Origin: an uncultured Thermus sp.
Lineage (GTDB): Bacteria; Deinococcota; Deinococci; Deinococcales; Thermaceae
Direction of reading: 5' to 3'
Length of the DNA: 64,000 nt
Assembly (NCBI GenBank): GCA_947085095.1
Contig: CAMTVD010000014.1
Location: 32,001 to 96,000 of the forward strand
Shown piece after piece: positions 41,537-52,179 of the stretch. The position numbers and the translations under genes are program-made. Positions within the stretch are counted from its first letter, which is position 1. Every line of letters begins with the position of its first letter. Under the pieces are notes generated by a model. It did no database searches. It had not been told where the DNA came from and saw only the letters and a program-made list of their open reading frames with translations.

Positions 41537-42688
41537 ATGCGCGGCCTTTCCCAAAGGGTGAAGTCCATGAAGCCCTCGGCCACGGTGGCGGTGAACGCCC
41601 GCGCCCTGGAACTCAGGCGCCAGGGGGTGGACCTGGTGGCCCTCACCGCCGGGGAGCCCGACTTTGACACCCCCGAGCACGTCAAGGAGGCGGCCAGGCG
41701 GGCCATGGCCCAGGGCAAGACCAAGTACGCCCCCCCGGCGGGCATCCCCGAGCTGCGGGAGGCTTTAGCGGAGAAGTTCCGCCGGGAAAACGGCCTCGGG
41801 GTCTCCCCCGAGGAAACCATCGTCACCGTGGGGGGGAAGCAGGTCCTCTTCAACCTCTTCCAGGCCATCCTGGACCCGGGGGACGAGGTCATCGTCCTCG
41901 CCCCCTACTGGGTCAGCTACCCGGAGATGGTGCGCTTCGCCGGGGGGGTGGTGGTGGAGGTCCCCACCCTTCCCGAGGAGGGCTTCGTCCCCGACCCGGA
42001 GAGGGTGCGCCGGGCCGTCACGGGAAGGACCAAGGCCCTGGTGGTGAACTCCCCCAACAACCCCACGGGGGCCGTCTACCCCGAGGAGGTGCTGAAGGCT
42101 CTGGCGGAATTGGCCATGGAGCACGACTTCTACCTGGTCTCCGACGAGATCTACGAGCACCTCATCTACGAGGGGGTCCACTTCTCCCCGGGAACCCTGG
42201 CCCCCGAGCACACCCTCACCGTGAACGGCGCCGCCAAGGCCTTCGCCATGACGGGCTGGCGCATCGGCTACGCCTGCGGTCCCAAGGCGGTCATCAAGGC
42301 CATGGCCGACGTGTCCAGCCAGTCCACCACCAGCCCCGACACCATCGCCCAGTGGGCCACCCTCGAGGCCCTCACCAACCAGGAGGCCTCCCAGGCCTTC
42401 ATCGCCATGGCCAGGGAAGCTTACAGGAGGCGGCGGGACCTCCTCCTGGAGGGGCTTAGCCGGCTTGGCCTCAGGGCGGTCCGCCCCAGCGGGGCCTTCT
42501 ACGTCCTCCTGGACACCTCCCCCTTCGCCCCGGACGAGGTGCAGGCGGCGGAGAGGCTCCTTATGGCGGGGGTGGCGGTGGTCCCGGGGACGGACTTCGC
42601 CGCCTTTGGCCACGTGCGCCTCTCCTACGCCACCAGCGAGGAGAACCTAAAGAAGGCCCTGGATCGCTTCGCCCAGGCCCTTCAGTAG
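41537..42688 (+). CDS. aspC: Aspartate (prephenate) aminotransferase, class I
   Basis: Motifs GEPDFDTP, NSPNNPTG, SDEIY, AKAFAMTGWRIG and VRLSYA. Confidence 0.93.
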   Translation: MRGLSQRVKSMKPSATVAVNARALELRRQGVDLVALTAGEPDFDTPEHVKEAARRAMAQGKTKYAPPAGIPELREALAEKFRRENGLGVSPEETIVTVGGKQVLFNLFQAILDPGDEVIVLAPYWVSYPEMVRFAGGVVVEVPTLPEEGFVPDPERVRRAVTGRTKALVVNSPNNPTGAVYPEEVLKALAELAMEHDFYLVSDEIYEHLIYEGVHFSPGTLAPEHTLTVNGAAKAFAMTGWRIGYACGPKAVIKAMADVSSQSTTSPDTIAQWATLEALTNQEASQAFIAMAREAYRRRRDLLLEGLSRLGLRAVRPSGAFYVLLDTSPFAPDEVQAAERLLMAGVAVVPGTDFAAFGHVRLSYATSEENLKKALDRFAQALQ

Positions 42689-43131
42689 CGCTTGCTTTTC
42701 CTGGGAGCGAAGAGGAGGAGGACTGCCCCCAGGGTCACGCACACGTCCGCCAGGTTGAAGACGGGGAACTGGGCGATGAGGGGGATGGAGGTCCCCAGGT
42801 CCAGGTAGTCCACCACCCACCCCCGGCCCAGGCGGTCAATCCCGTTGCCCAAGGCCCCCGCCGCCACCAGGGTGAGGCCCAGGGTCCAGCCAAAGGGGTA
42901 GCGGCGGGAGGCGAGGAGGTAGAGGAGGAAGCCCCCCACGAGAAGGCTCAGCCAGCCTAGGAGTAGGGCCTGGCCCTGAAGGAGGCCGAATCCCGCCCCC
43001 GTGTTCTTGACCAGGGTGAGGTAGAGGAGGTCCCCCAGGAGGGGCCTGGGGATGGGGGAGAGGCTCTCCAGAGCCCGGAGCTTCAGGATCTGGTCAAAGG
43101 CGATCAAGAGGGGGATGAGCACCGTGGGCAT
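42682..43131 (-). CDS. lspA: Lipoprotein signal peptidase II
   Basis: [25 protein letters not shown] and FNLAD. Confidence 0.94.
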   Translation of the reverse strand: MPTVLIPLLIAFDQILKLRALESLSPIPRPLLGDLLYLTLVKNTGAGFGLLQGQALLLGWLSLLVGGFLLYLLASRRYPFGWTLGLTLVAAGALGNGIDRLGRGWVVDYLDLGTSIPLIAQFPVFNLADVCVTLGAVLLLFAPRKSKRY

Positions 43132-43192
43132 CTCTAAGAGTCTAACCTGTGCTATACTCCTTAGGGTTTGCCTTCGGGCACGGGAGGGTGCG

Positions 43193-43489
43193 ATGTCCAA
43201 GGTGTGCGAGATCAGCGGCAAGCGGCCCATCGTGGCCAACAGCATAGAGAGGCGGGGTAAGGCCAAGCGGGAAGGGGGTGTGGGCCGGAAGACCACGGGG
43301 ATTTCCAAGCGCCGCCAACACCCCAACCTGCAGAAGGTGCGCGTGAAGGTGGCGGGCCAGGAGGTCACCTTCCGGGTGGCAGCAAGCCACATCCCCAAGG
43401 TCTACGAGCTTCTGGAAAGGGCCAAGGGGCTTAGGCTGGAAGGCCTTTCCGCCAAGGAGATCAAGAAGGAGCTCCTGAAGCTTCTTTAG
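43193..43489 (+). CDS. rpmB: 50S ribosomal protein L28
   Basis: [17 protein letters not shown]...[16 protein letters not shown]. Confidence 0.95.
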   Translation: MSKVCEISGKRPIVANSIERRGKAKREGGVGRKTTGISKRRQHPNLQKVRVKVAGQEVTFRVAASHIPKVYELLERAKGLRLEGLSAKEIKKELLKLL

Positions 43490-43503
43490 CCTTAGGGGGA
43501 AGA

Positions 43504-43534
43504 GGGCTCAGGGGATCTCCCCCTGGGCTTTTTT
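43504..43534 (+). terminator. Intrinsic terminator after rpmB
   Basis: GGCTCAGGGG-ATCTC-CCCCTGGGCT followed by a T run. Confidence 0.75.
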
Positions 43535-43548
43535 CTTACACTAGGGGC

Positions 43549-44244
43549 ATGAACCTGAAGCCGGGGCACTACCTCCTCCTGGCCCTTTTCCTCTACGCCT
43601 CGGTGGTGACCCTGGGCTTTTCCCTTAGGGGCCGGCAGCTCGCCGCTTTGCGGCAGGAGGTGGGCCGGCTTTCCCAAGAGGCTCTCCTGGCCCCCGAAGG
43701 CTACCGCCTCCCCCTGCCCGGGGCCTGCCTCCCCTCCCGTGCGGAGAACCTTCCCAACGCCCCCCGCCCCTACCGCAAAGGGGTCAGCGCGGGGTTTGTC
43801 TTCCTGAACGGGGATGCCTGCGTGCCCGTGGTGCGGGGGATGGGGGTGGTGGCGGCCCAGGGTGGGGAAGTGGTGAAGGTGGAAGCGGCCCACGAGGAAC
43901 CCAGCCCCGAGGCCTGGCGGGCCCTTCTGGAGCGGGTGAAGGAGGGGGCTTCCCCGGAGGACATGGACCTCCTGCGGGGCCTCGAGGTCTGGGTCCGCCA
44001 CCCCGACGGGCGCACCACGGTCTACGCCCACCTCCAGGCCCCCTACCCCGGTCTAAAAGTGGGGGATAGGGTGTCCCGGGGCGATGCCCTCGGCTACCTG
44101 GGGAACACCGGCCTCCAGGGCGGAGCCCCCAGGCTCCTCTTTGAGGTCTGGGAGGGGGAGCCAGGCCGGAGCCCCTTTCTCTTCCAGGGCCTAAAAGGGG
44201 AGGACCTTCTCCGCCAAGCCAAGGCCTTTTTCCGGCTAGAATAG
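43549..44244 (+). CDS. M23/LytM-domain membrane-anchored protein with degenerate zinc ligands
   Basis: VVAAQGGEV, TVYAHL, GDRVSRGD.LG..GNTG. The HxH motif appears as RLL. Confidence 0.82.
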   Translation: MNLKPGHYLLLALFLYASVVTLGFSLRGRQLAALRQEVGRLSQEALLAPEGYRLPLPGACLPSRAENLPNAPRPYRKGVSAGFVFLNGDACVPVVRGMGVVAAQGGEVVKVEAAHEEPSPEAWRALLERVKEGASPEDMDLLRGLEVWVRHPDGRTTVYAHLQAPYPGLKVGDRVSRGDALGYLGNTGLQGGAPRLLFEVWEGEPGRSPFLFQGLKGEDLLRQAKAFFRLE

Positions 44245-44248
44245 CCCC

Positions 44249-45346
44249 ATGCTCGAGGCCTTCCGGCAGGTCTGGGCCAACCCCTACGTGCGGGTCTTGG
44301 TCTACCTCCTCCTCTTTTACCTGGCCTTTCGCTTGTTGCAGAAGGCCTGGCCTGCCTTGCAGGTCCTCCTCACCGCCTTCGCCTTCGCCTACCTCACCCA
44401 TCCCCTGGTGAGGTTTTTTGAGGCCCGGAGGCTTCCCCGGGTCCTGGGGGTGGTCTTGGTTTACCTGGGGCTTGGCCTTTTCCTAGGCCTGACCTCTTTC
44501 CTTACGGCGCAAACCGTGGTGGAACTCTCCCGCCTAGCCCAAGAGCTTCCCCGTCTCCTGGACCCCCTTTGGGCCTGGCTCCTGGGCCTTCCCGACCGCA
44601 TCCAGGCCGTTCCGGTGCCGGAAAGCCTGAAGCCGGTCCTGGCCGAGGCCAGCCGCAACCTGCAGGGTCTCCTGCAAGGTTTTCTGGAAACCCTGGTGCG
44701 CTTCGTCCAGGGGCTTCTCGGCCAGGGAGGAAACCTCCTGGGCTTCTTCGCCTCCTTGGTGGGCGGCATCTTCCAGCTCCTCGCCGCCCTCACCCTCTCG
44801 GTTTACTTCCTCTACGACCTGCCCCGCCTAGGGCGGGCGGCCCTCCTGGTCTTCCCCGATCCCTACCAGCCCTTGGTGACTGACCTGGCCCGCAAGCTGG
44901 ACCGGAGCGTGGGGGGGTTCGTGCGGGGGCAGCTTCTGGTGGCTTTCCTGGTGGGCCTCATCGTGGGAATCGGGCTCTGGCTTGTAGGCGTGCCCCTGGC
45001 GGCCAGCCTCGGCTTTCTGGCGGGGGTCTTCAATCTCATTCCCTTTGTGGGGGTGATCGTCTCCGGGGTGCCTGCCCTGCTCCTGGCGGCCACGGGGGGC
45101 TGGCTGAAGGTGCTCCTGGCCCTTCTGGTCCTCTGGCTGGCCAACCAGCTGGAGGGAAACCTCCTCGGCCCCCTGATCGTGGGCCGGGCCACCCGGCTTC
45201 ACCCCGTGACCGCCATCGCCGCCATCCTGGTGGGGGCAAGCCTCTTCGGCCTCTGGGGGGCCCTCCTGGGGGTGCCCACGGCGGCTTTTCTCAAGGTGCT
45301 CCTCTTGGACTACTACCAGCGAAGCCGCCTGTACCGGGAGGGCTAG
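44249..45346 (+). CDS. AI-2E family transporter
   Basis: [25 protein letters not shown] and [11 protein letters not shown]. Confidence 0.92.
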   Translation: MLEAFRQVWANPYVRVLVYLLLFYLAFRLLQKAWPALQVLLTAFAFAYLTHPLVRFFEARRLPRVLGVVLVYLGLGLFLGLTSFLTAQTVVELSRLAQELPRLLDPLWAWLLGLPDRIQAVPVPESLKPVLAEASRNLQGLLQGFLETLVRFVQGLLGQGGNLLGFFASLVGGIFQLLAALTLSVYFLYDLPRLGRAALLVFPDPYQPLVTDLARKLDRSVGGFVRGQLLVAFLVGLIVGIGLWLVGVPLAASLGFLAGVFNLIPFVGVIVSGVPALLLAATGGWLKVLLALLVLWLANQLEGNLLGPLIVGRATRLHPVTAIAAILVGASLFGLWGALLGVPTAAFLKVLLLDYYQRSRLYREG

Positions 45347-46578
45347 GGGATCCGCTCCTCTTCTAGGGTCAGCTCCTCCGGCTCCAGCTGCCTGGGAAGG
45401 AGAAGGTTCAGTACTACCCCTGCCAGGGCCGCCAGGGCCATGCCGCTCACCTTGAGGGGGAGGGCGGCCCCGGCCACCTGGATGGTGCCCAGGTTGGCCA
45501 CCGCCCCGCCCAGGCCCAGGACCAGAATGGCGGAAACCACGATTAGATTGCGGCTTTTGGTGAAATCAATCTCCGCTTCCGCCAAGGTGCGGATGCCGAT
45601 GGAAGCGATCATGCCAAAAAGGAGCATGGCGATGCCTCCCAGGACCCCTTGGGGTAGGGTCTGGAGAAGGGCGGCCAGCTTGGGGGAGAAGGAGAGGAGG
45701 ATGGCGAAAAGGGCGGCGATGCGCAGGACCGAGGGGTCGTAAACCCGGGTTACAGCCAGGACCCCGGTGTTCTCCGAGTAGGTGGTGTTGGCGGGACCGC
45801 CCAGGAAGCCCGCCAGGCTGGTGGCGAGCCCGTCCCCCAGAAGGGTGCGCTGGAGGCCCGGCCTTAGGAAAAAGTCCTTTCCCACCACCCGGCCGTTGGT
45901 GAGGATGTCCCCGATGTGTTCCATCACCGTTACCAAGGCCACGGGGGCGATAAGGAGGACAGCCCCCCACTCCAGGGTGGCCGCGGTGAACTGGGGCATG
46001 CCGAACCAGGGGGCCTCGTAAAGGGGCTTGAGGTCTACCCGACCCAAGAGGAGGGCCAGGAGGTAGCCCGCCCCTACCCCGATGAGGACGGGGATCATCT
46101 GGAAGAGTCCCCGGAAAAACACTGCGCTCACCACCGCGCTGGCGAAGGTGAAAAGGGCCAGAAGCCAGTCCTTACTGGCCATCTGCACCGCCACCGGGGC
46201 CAGGGTGAGGCCGATGACCACGATGACCGGTCCCGTCACCACCGGCGGGAAGACCCGGCGGACCTTTTCGGAGCCGATGAGGAGGACGAGAAGGGCGAAG
46301 AGGGCGTAGACCAGCCCCGCTGCCAAGATGCCCCCACCCACGGCGCTCAAGGAGAAGCCCGCCTCCTTGGCCGCCAGGATGGGGGCGATGAAGGCGAAGC
46401 TGGAGCCTAAAAAGACGGGCACCATCCTTCCCGTGACCAGGTGGAAGACCAGGGTGCCAAGTCCGGCGGTGAAGAGGGCCACCGAGGGGTTGAGACCGGT
46501 GAGGAGGGGGACCAGGACCGTGGCCCCAAACATGGCCACCGTATGCTGGAGGCCCAGGATAAGGTGTCTTGGCTTCAT
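45343..46578 (-). CDS. uraA: Uracil/xanthine permease (NCS2)
   Basis: [26 protein letters not shown] and PANTTYSEN. Confidence 0.9.
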   Translation of the reverse strand: MKPRHLILGLQHTVAMFGATVLVPLLTGLNPSVALFTAGLGTLVFHLVTGRMVPVFLGSSFAFIAPILAAKEAGFSLSAVGGGILAAGLVYALFALLVLLIGSEKVRRVFPPVVTGPVIVVIGLTLAPVAVQMASKDWLLALFTFASAVVSAVFFRGLFQMIPVLIGVGAGYLLALLLGRVDLKPLYEAPWFGMPQFTAATLEWGAVLLIAPVALVTVMEHIGDILTNGRVVGKDFFLRPGLQRTLLGDGLATSLAGFLGGPANTTYSENTGVLAVTRVYDPSVLRIAALFAILLSFSPKLAALLQTLPQGVLGGIAMLLFGMIASIGIRTLAEAEIDFTKSRNLIVVSAILVLGLGGAVANLGTIQVAGAALPLKVSGMALAALAGVVLNLLLPRQLEPEELTLEEERIP

Positions 46579-46590
46579 ACCAGGGGCATT

Positions 46591-47748
46591 CTACCAGTGC
46601 CCTCCGGCGGCCATGGCCTCCCGGAACCAGGCGGGGACCTCCTTGCCAAAGCGCCTTTCCGCAAAGTCCCGGGCGAAGTTTCCGTACTGGCCTTCCCGGA
46701 TGGCTCTTCTGGCCCCTTCCGTGAGGCGGTGCAGGAAGCGAAGGTTGTGCAGGGAAAGCAAAATGGCCCCCAGCATCTCCCCGGAGCGCACCAGGTGGGC
46801 CAGGTAGGCCCGGCTGAAGTTCTGGCAGGCGTAGCAGTCGCACCCCTCCTCCAGGGGTCCCTTCTCCTCCAGGTGGCGGGCGTTTTTCAGGTTGAGGCGC
46901 CCCTCCGGCACCAGGGCGCTCCCGAAGCGGCCCGTGCGGGTGGGGTAGACGCAGTCAAAGAGGTCCACCCCCAGGCCCATGGCCGCCACCAGGTCCTCGG
47001 GGTGGCCCACCCCCATGAGGTAGCGGGGGCGGTCCTCGGGGAGGAGGGCGGTGGAGAGCTCCACCATGGGGAACATCTCCCCCTTGGACTCCCCCACGGC
47101 CAGCCCCCCGATGGCGTACCCGGGCAGGTCAAAGCGGAGGGTCTCCAGGGTGGAAAGCCGCCTGAGCTCGGGGTCTGTTCCCCCCTGGGCGATGCCGAAG
47201 AGGGCCTGGTCGGGCCGGGTCTTGGCCTTCAGGCTCCTTTCCAGCCAGCGCAGGGTGCGGTCCAGGGAGGCCTTCAGGTACTCCCGGGAAGAGGGGTAGG
47301 GGGGGCACTCGTCAAAGGCCATGATGAGGTCCGCTCCCAGGGCCTCCTGGACGGCGATGCTCCTTTCGGGGGTGAGCTCCACCAGCTCCCCGTTTAGGTG
47401 GCTTTGGAAGACCACGCCCTTCTCGTCAATGCGGCGCAGGTGGCCCAGGCTCATCACCTGGAAGCCCCCGGAGTCCGTGAGCCAGGGGCCCTTCCAGCCG
47501 GCGAAGCCGTGGAGCCCCCCCAGGGCCCGCACCCGCTCGGGTCCCGGGCGCAGGAGGAGGTGGTAGGTGTTGGCCAGGAGGACCTGGCTTCCGATCTCCT
47601 TCAGGTCCTTGGGAAGGAGGCCCTTGACCGCGCCCTGGGTGCCCACGGGCATGAAGAGGGGGGTTTCCACGGGGCCGTGGGGGGTGGTGAGGAGCCCCAC
47701 CCTGGCCCGGCCAGAGCGGGCCGTGATCTGGAACTGGAAGGGGTTCAT
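46591..47748 (-). CDS. tgt: Queuine tRNA-ribosyltransferase
   Basis: [33 protein letters not shown] and the zinc motif CDCYAC. Confidence 0.97.
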   Translation of the reverse strand: MNPFQFQITARSGRARVGLLTTPHGPVETPLFMPVGTQGAVKGLLPKDLKEIGSQVLLANTYHLLLRPGPERVRALGGLHGFAGWKGPWLTDSGGFQVMSLGHLRRIDEKGVVFQSHLNGELVELTPERSIAVQEALGADLIMAFDECPPYPSSREYLKASLDRTLRWLERSLKAKTRPDQALFGIAQGGTDPELRRLSTLETLRFDLPGYAIGGLAVGESKGEMFPMVELSTALLPEDRPRYLMGVGHPEDLVAAMGLGVDLFDCVYPTRTGRFGSALVPEGRLNLKNARHLEEKGPLEEGCDCYACQNFSRAYLAHLVRSGEMLGAILLSLHNLRFLHRLTEGARRAIREGQYGNFARDFAERRFGKEVPAWFREAMAAGGHW

Positions 47749-48968
47749 GCCTCCCGTGGGGCGTAGTGGGTTTTGACGTAGTCCTCCAGCAGCTTGAGAA
47801 AGTCCTCGGCGATGGTTTCCCCCTTGAGGATGGTGAGGAGCTTGCCATCGGCGTAGACGGGGGCCTTGGGCTCCTCGCCGCTTCCGGGCAGGGAGATGCC
47901 GATGTGGGCGTGCTTGCTCTCCCCGGGGCCGTTGACCACGCAGCCCATCACCGCCACCTTGAGGCCCTCCACCCCGGGGTAGCGCCTCTGCCACTCGGGG
48001 AGCCTGGCCCTAAGGTGGCGGTTCACCTCCTCCGCCAGCTCCTGGAAGAAGGTGCTGGTGGTGCGGCCGCACCCGGGGCAGCTGGTCACCTCGGGGGCGA
48101 AGGTGCGGAGGCCCAGGGCCTGGAGGATCTCCTGGGCCACCTCCACCTCCTTGGTGCGGGGTTCCCCCGGGGCCGGGGTGAGGGAGACCCGGATGGTGTC
48201 CCCGATGCCTTCTAGGAGAAGGGGGGCTAGGGCGGCGGCCGAGGCCACGATTCCCTTCACCCCCATGCCCGCCTCGGTGAGGCCCAGGTGAAGGGGGGCT
48301 CTGGTGCGCCGGGCCAGCTCCCGGTAGACCCAGATCAGGTCCCGGGCCTTGGAAACCTTGGCGGAGAGGACAAGCTTGTCCTCCCCAAGGCCCATCTCCA
48401 AGGCGGCCTGGTAGGAGCGCACGGCGCTTTCCACCAGGGCCTCGAGGACCACCGCATGGGCCTCCTTGGGCTCGGGCCGCTTGGCGTTTTGGTCCATGAG
48501 CTCGGTGAGGAGGGCGGGGTCCAGGCTTCCCCAGTTGGCCCCGATGCGCACGGGCTTCCCCAGGTCCATGGCGATGCGGATCATCTCGCGGAAGTTCTCG
48601 TCCTTGTGGGTGCCCCGGCCCATGGTCCCCGGGTTGATGCGGAACTTGTCCAGGGCCTCGGCCATCCTGGGGTGCTTGCGGAGAAGGAGGTGGCCGTTGA
48701 AGTGGAAGTCCCCCACCAGGGGCACCTCCACCCCTTGGGCCAGAAGGCGGGCCTTGATCTCGGGCACCGCCCTGGCCGCCTCCTCGTCGTTCACCGTGAG
48801 GCGGACGATCTCGCTCCCCGCCCGGTGGAGGGAGAGGACCTGGGCGGTGGTGGCCTCCACGTCCTGGGTGGGGGTGTTGGTCATGGACTGAATGGCGATG
48901 GGGTGGGCGCTTCCCAGGGGAACGCGGCCAACCCAGACCGTAGGAGTAGGACGCCTCATCCTTCCCAT
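47745..48968 (-). CDS. ispG: (E)-4-hydroxy-3-methylbut-2-enyl-diphosphate synthase
   Basis: [27 protein letters not shown] and [10 protein letters not shown]. The true start may be ATG 48959. Confidence 0.97.
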   Translation of the reverse strand: MGRMRRPTPTVWVGRVPLGSAHPIAIQSMTNTPTQDVEATTAQVLSLHRAGSEIVRLTVNDEEAARAVPEIKARLLAQGVEVPLVGDFHFNGHLLLRKHPRMAEALDKFRINPGTMGRGTHKDENFREMIRIAMDLGKPVRIGANWGSLDPALLTELMDQNAKRPEPKEAHAVVLEALVESAVRSYQAALEMGLGEDKLVLSAKVSKARDLIWVYRELARRTRAPLHLGLTEAGMGVKGIVASAAALAPLLLEGIGDTIRVSLTPAPGEPRTKEVEVAQEILQALGLRTFAPEVTSCPGCGRTTSTFFQELAEEVNRHLRARLPEWQRRYPGVEGLKVAVMGCVVNGPGESKHAHIGISLPGSGEEPKAPVYADGKLLTILKGETIAEDFLKLLEDYVKTHYAPREA

Positions 48969-49026
48969 GGTAGCCCATGGGAAGGGGGAAACCCCTGGGC
49001 GGGCTACGTTCCCGCCCGCAGGCGGT

Positions 49027-49944
49027 TCAGCTGGCTTTCCCGGGGAGGCGGATGGGGGGGAGGGCGGCCTCTATGGCCGGGCGCTTCCCCTCAAGCCAAG
49101 GGGGAAGGACGAGGCGCTCCCCCAGGTCCTCTGGGTCCTCGTCCACGGCGAAGCCGGGCCCGTCCGTGGCCAGCTCTAAGAGCATCCCCCCGGGTTCCAG
49201 GAAGTAAACGGAACGGAACCAGAAGCGGTCTATGAGGGGGGTGGGCCGTAGCCCCCGGGCCAAAACCCTTTCCCGGAGGGTGAGGGCGTGGGCCTCGTCC
49301 CGCACCCGGAAGGCCAGGTGGTGGACCCCTCCCACCCCCAAGGCCCCCCGGCGCCCTTCGGGGAGGGCCTGGACCTCCAGGAAAGATCCCCCCTGCTCTA
49401 GGACAGAGCCTTTCCCCTGGCGGTAGCCCAGGACCTCTTGGAAGAAGGCCAGGGTCGGCCCCACCTCCCGCTCCAGGATCCGGGCCCCCAGAAGGCCCCG
49501 CACCTGGTGCTCTGGGGGGACGGGGCTGTCCTCCCAAGGGAGGCCCGGGCCCTGGGCGGCCGCTAGGGCCAGGGGCAGGCCGTGGGGGTCGGGGAAGAGG
49601 AGGGCGGGAAAGCCAAAGCGCTCCCCCTTTGCCAGGGGCCTGCCGTAGCGGGCCAGGCGGGCTTCCCAGAAGCCGAGGCTTTCTTGGGGCACGGCCAGGG
49701 CTACCTCCACCGCCTGCCCCACCCCAAAGCGGTTGGGGGGGAGGTGGGGCCAGGAGAAGAAGGTGAGGGCGGTGCCCGGGGTGCCCAGCTGGTCGGCGTA
49801 GAAGAAGTGGTAGGCGGTGGGGTCGTCCTGGTTCACGCTCCGCTTGACCAGGCGCAGACCCAACACCCCCAGGTAGAAGTCCAGGTTCTCCTGAGGGTCG
49901 CCGGCCACGCAGGTGATGTGGTGGAGCCCGAGGACGCCCTCCAT
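49027..49944 (-). CDS. Ring-cleaving dioxygenase / glyoxalase (VOC, MhqO-like)
   Basis: [33 protein letters not shown] and ELATDGPGF. Confidence 0.92.
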   Translation of the reverse strand: MEGVLGLHHITCVAGDPQENLDFYLGVLGLRLVKRSVNQDDPTAYHFFYADQLGTPGTALTFFSWPHLPPNRFGVGQAVEVALAVPQESLGFWEARLARYGRPLAKGERFGFPALLFPDPHGLPLALAAAQGPGLPWEDSPVPPEHQVRGLLGARILEREVGPTLAFFQEVLGYRQGKGSVLEQGGSFLEVQALPEGRRGALGVGGVHHLAFRVRDEAHALTLRERVLARGLRPTPLIDRFWFRSVYFLEPGGMLLELATDGPGFAVDEDPEDLGERLVLPPWLEGKRPAIEAALPPIRLPGKAS

Positions 49945-50035
49945 GGGGCCATGGTACGCCCCCAGGGGTGCGGCGAATGTGAGGGCGAAGAAAAGCCCCG
50001 TCGCGATCCAGGCCTTAGCCCGGTATACTCACGGT

Positions 50036-50425
50036 GTGGACCCCAAAGACCTCGAGGCCCTGGCCCGGGTTTTCGCCCGCTTTCCCCAGGTCCAGGCCGC
50101 CTTCCTCTTTGGCTCCCGGGCCCGGGGGGAGGCTGGGCCTCGTAGCGATTGGGATTTCGCCCTTCTCCTAGACCCTCCGGAGCCTGATCCCCGGCCGGAG
50201 ATCCTGGGCGCCCTGGTGGAGGCGGGCTACGAGCCCTTGGACCTCCTCCTTCTAAACGAGGCACCCCCTGCCCTGGCCCTGGAAGCGGCCCAGGGCCGCC
50301 TCCTGTACGCCCGGGAGGGCTTCAGCCTGGGGGAACACGTCTCCCGGCTGGCCCGGGAGGTCTGGGACCTGGAGCCCTTCTTCCGCCTTCAGCGGGAGGC
50401 CTTGAAGCGAAGGTGGTCCCCATGA
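50036..50425 (+). CDS. Minimal nucleotidyltransferase (MNT) antitoxin, MntA-like
   Basis: GS-x10-DxD motif LFGSRARGEAGPRSDWD. GTG lies 6 nt after TATACT. Confidence 0.88.
   Translation: MDPKDLEALARVFARFPQVQAAFLFGSRARGEAGPRSDWDFALLLDPPEPDPRPEILGALVEAGYEPLDLLLLNEAPPALALEAAQGRLLYAREGFSLGEHVSRLAREVWDLEPFFRLQREALKRRWSP
50048..50084 (+). repeat. 37-bp direct repeat, copy 1
   Basis: GACCTCGAGGCCCTGGCCCGGGTTTTCGCCCGCTTTC, identical to 50794-50830. Confidence 0.95.
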
Positions 50426-50859
50426 CCCGGCCGGAGGTGTTGCGCCGGAGGCTGGCCCGTCTCGAGGAATACCTCGGCATCCTGAGAAGGCTTTCCGCAT
50501 ATTCTCTGGAGGAGTTCCTGGCCAGTCCTGAGCGCTACGGGGCCACGGAGCGTTTTCTTCAGCTTTCCATTGAGGCCATCAACGACATGGCGGCCCATGT
50601 GGCCGCCGAAGAGGGGTGGGGTCCCTTTGAGCGGGCCCGGGACCTGGTGGACCTCTTCCTGGCCCAGGGCTTGCTGGAAGAGGAGCTGGCGAAGAAGTGG
50701 CGGCAGATGATCGGGTTCCGCAACCTCCTGGTGCACGACTACCTGGACGTGGACCGCAAGCTGGTCCACCGCTTCCTTCGGGAGGGCCTTCAGGACCTCG
50801 AGGCCCTGGCCCGGGTTTTCGCCCGCTTTCTCTTAACCTCCATCCCCATGATGTGGTAG
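50422..50859 (+). CDS. HEPN (DUF86/HepT-like) ribonuclease toxin
   Basis: Rx4H(x)Y motif FRNLLVHDY, ERFLQLSIE. ATGA coupling to the MNT gene. Confidence 0.9.
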   Translation: MTRPEVLRRRLARLEEYLGILRRLSAYSLEEFLASPERYGATERFLQLSIEAINDMAAHVAAEEGWGPFERARDLVDLFLAQGLLEEELAKKWRQMIGFRNLLVHDYLDVDRKLVHRFLREGLQDLEALARVFARFLLTSIPMMW

Positions 50860-51611
50860 CCCGCATCCACGTAGATGACCTCCCCGGTGATGCCGCTGGC
50901 TAGGGGGGATAGGAGGAAAAGCCCCAGGTTCCCCACCTCCTCCTGGGTGACGTTGCGCCCTAGGGGGGCCACCTGGGCCACCCGGTCGTACATCTTCATG
51001 AAGCCGGGGATGCTCCGGGCGGCCACGGTGCGCACCGGCCCCGCGGAGATGGCGTTCACCCGCACCCCCTTGGGGCCAAGCTCATAGGCCAGGTAGCGGA
51101 CGCTGGCCTCGAGGGCCGCCTTGGCGATGGCCATCACGTTGTACTTGGGCACCACCTTCTCGCTGGCGTAGTAGGTGAGGGTGACCATCCCACCCCCTTC
51201 CCGGAAGAGGGGCTCGGCCCGCTGGGCCACGGCCACCAGGGAGTAGGCGGAGACCTCCAGGGCCAGAAGCCAGTCCCCCCGCTTGGTGTCCACATACCGC
51301 CCCTCCATGGCCTCCCGGGGGGCGAAGGCGATGGCGTGCACCAGGTAGTCCAGGTGTCCCCAGGCCTCCTTGACCCCTAGGAAGAGGGCGTCCAGCTCCT
51401 CGTCCTTGGTGACGTCCGCCTGGAAGAGGAGGGCCCCGCCCAGGGCCTCGGCCAGCTTCTCCGCCTCAGGGCGGATCCTTTCCCCCTGGTAGCTTAGGGC
51501 CACCTCCGCCCCCGCCTCCTTGAGCTTCTCGGCGATGGCGAAGCCCAGGCTCCGCTGGTTGGTGACCCCCATGATGAGGGCCTTCTTGCCCGCAAGGTCC
51601 ACGCTGAGCAT
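50790..51611 (-). CDS. fabI: Enoyl-ACP reductase (NADH)
   Basis: GVTNQRSLG, SAYSL, YNVMAIAKAALE, NAISAGPVRT and ITGEVIYVDAG. Confidence 0.97.
   Translation of the reverse strand: MLSVDLAGKKALIMGVTNQRSLGFAIAEKLKEAGAEVALSYQGERIRPEAEKLAEALGGALLFQADVTKDEELDALFLGVKEAWGHLDYLVHAIAFAPREAMEGRYVDTKRGDWLLALEVSAYSLVAVAQRAEPLFREGGGMVTLTYYASEKVVPKYNVMAIAKAALEASVRYLAYELGPKGVRVNAISAGPVRTVAARSIPGFMKMYDRVAQVAPLGRNVTQEEVGNLGLFLLSPLASGITGEVIYVDAGYHIMGMEVKRKRAKTRARASRS
50794..50830 (+). repeat. 37-bp direct repeat, copy 2
   Basis: Identical to 50048-50084. Confidence 0.95.
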
Positions 51612-51684
51612 GGGGGGATTATACCCGGGCTAAGCACCCCGCCGTGGCCCTTGCCACGGCGGGGGCCCCTTAGAATGGGGCATC

Positions 51685-52179
51685 ATGGCGAACCTGGAAG
51701 CCTACGGGAGCAAAGAGGAGGTCTTGGCGCGCCTATTTCAAAGCCGCGAGGCCCTTTTGGCCCGCCTAAGGGAAGCGGAGGCCTCCTGGCTTGCCACCCC
51801 CCTCCGCCCCGGGGCCTGGACCCCCCTCATGGTGGCGGAGCACGTGGCCCTGGTGGAGGAGTCCACCGCCCGGGTCCTGAGGCGGCTCAGGCGGGTGGCC
51901 GCGGGGGAGAACCTTCCCCCCGTCCCCTTCGTCCCCGGGGAGTTCAAGGAGGGGAAGCCCCAGGCCCCCGAGCCCGTCCAGCCCAGGGGTGGGCTCTCCC
52001 TGGAGGAGGTCCTGGCCCTCTTGACGAAGGCCCGGGCCTTCCTGCTGGAGGAGGCCGAAAGGGCCGACCCCCACAACCCCGCCACCTTCCCCCATCCCTT
52101 CTTTGGCCCCCTCACCGCCCTGGGCTGGCTCCGGGCCGCCCTTTACCACGAGGAGCACCATTTAAAGGCCCTGGGCTAG
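51685..52179 (+). CDS. DinB/YfiT family protein
   Basis: WTP..VAEHV, HPFFGPLT and HEEHHL. Confidence 0.85.
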   Translation: MANLEAYGSKEEVLARLFQSREALLARLREAEASWLATPLRPGAWTPLMVAEHVALVEESTARVLRRLRRVAAGENLPPVPFVPGEFKEGKPQAPEPVQPRGGLSLEEVLALLTKARAFLLEEAERADPHNPATFPHPFFGPLTALGWLRAALYHEEHHLKALG

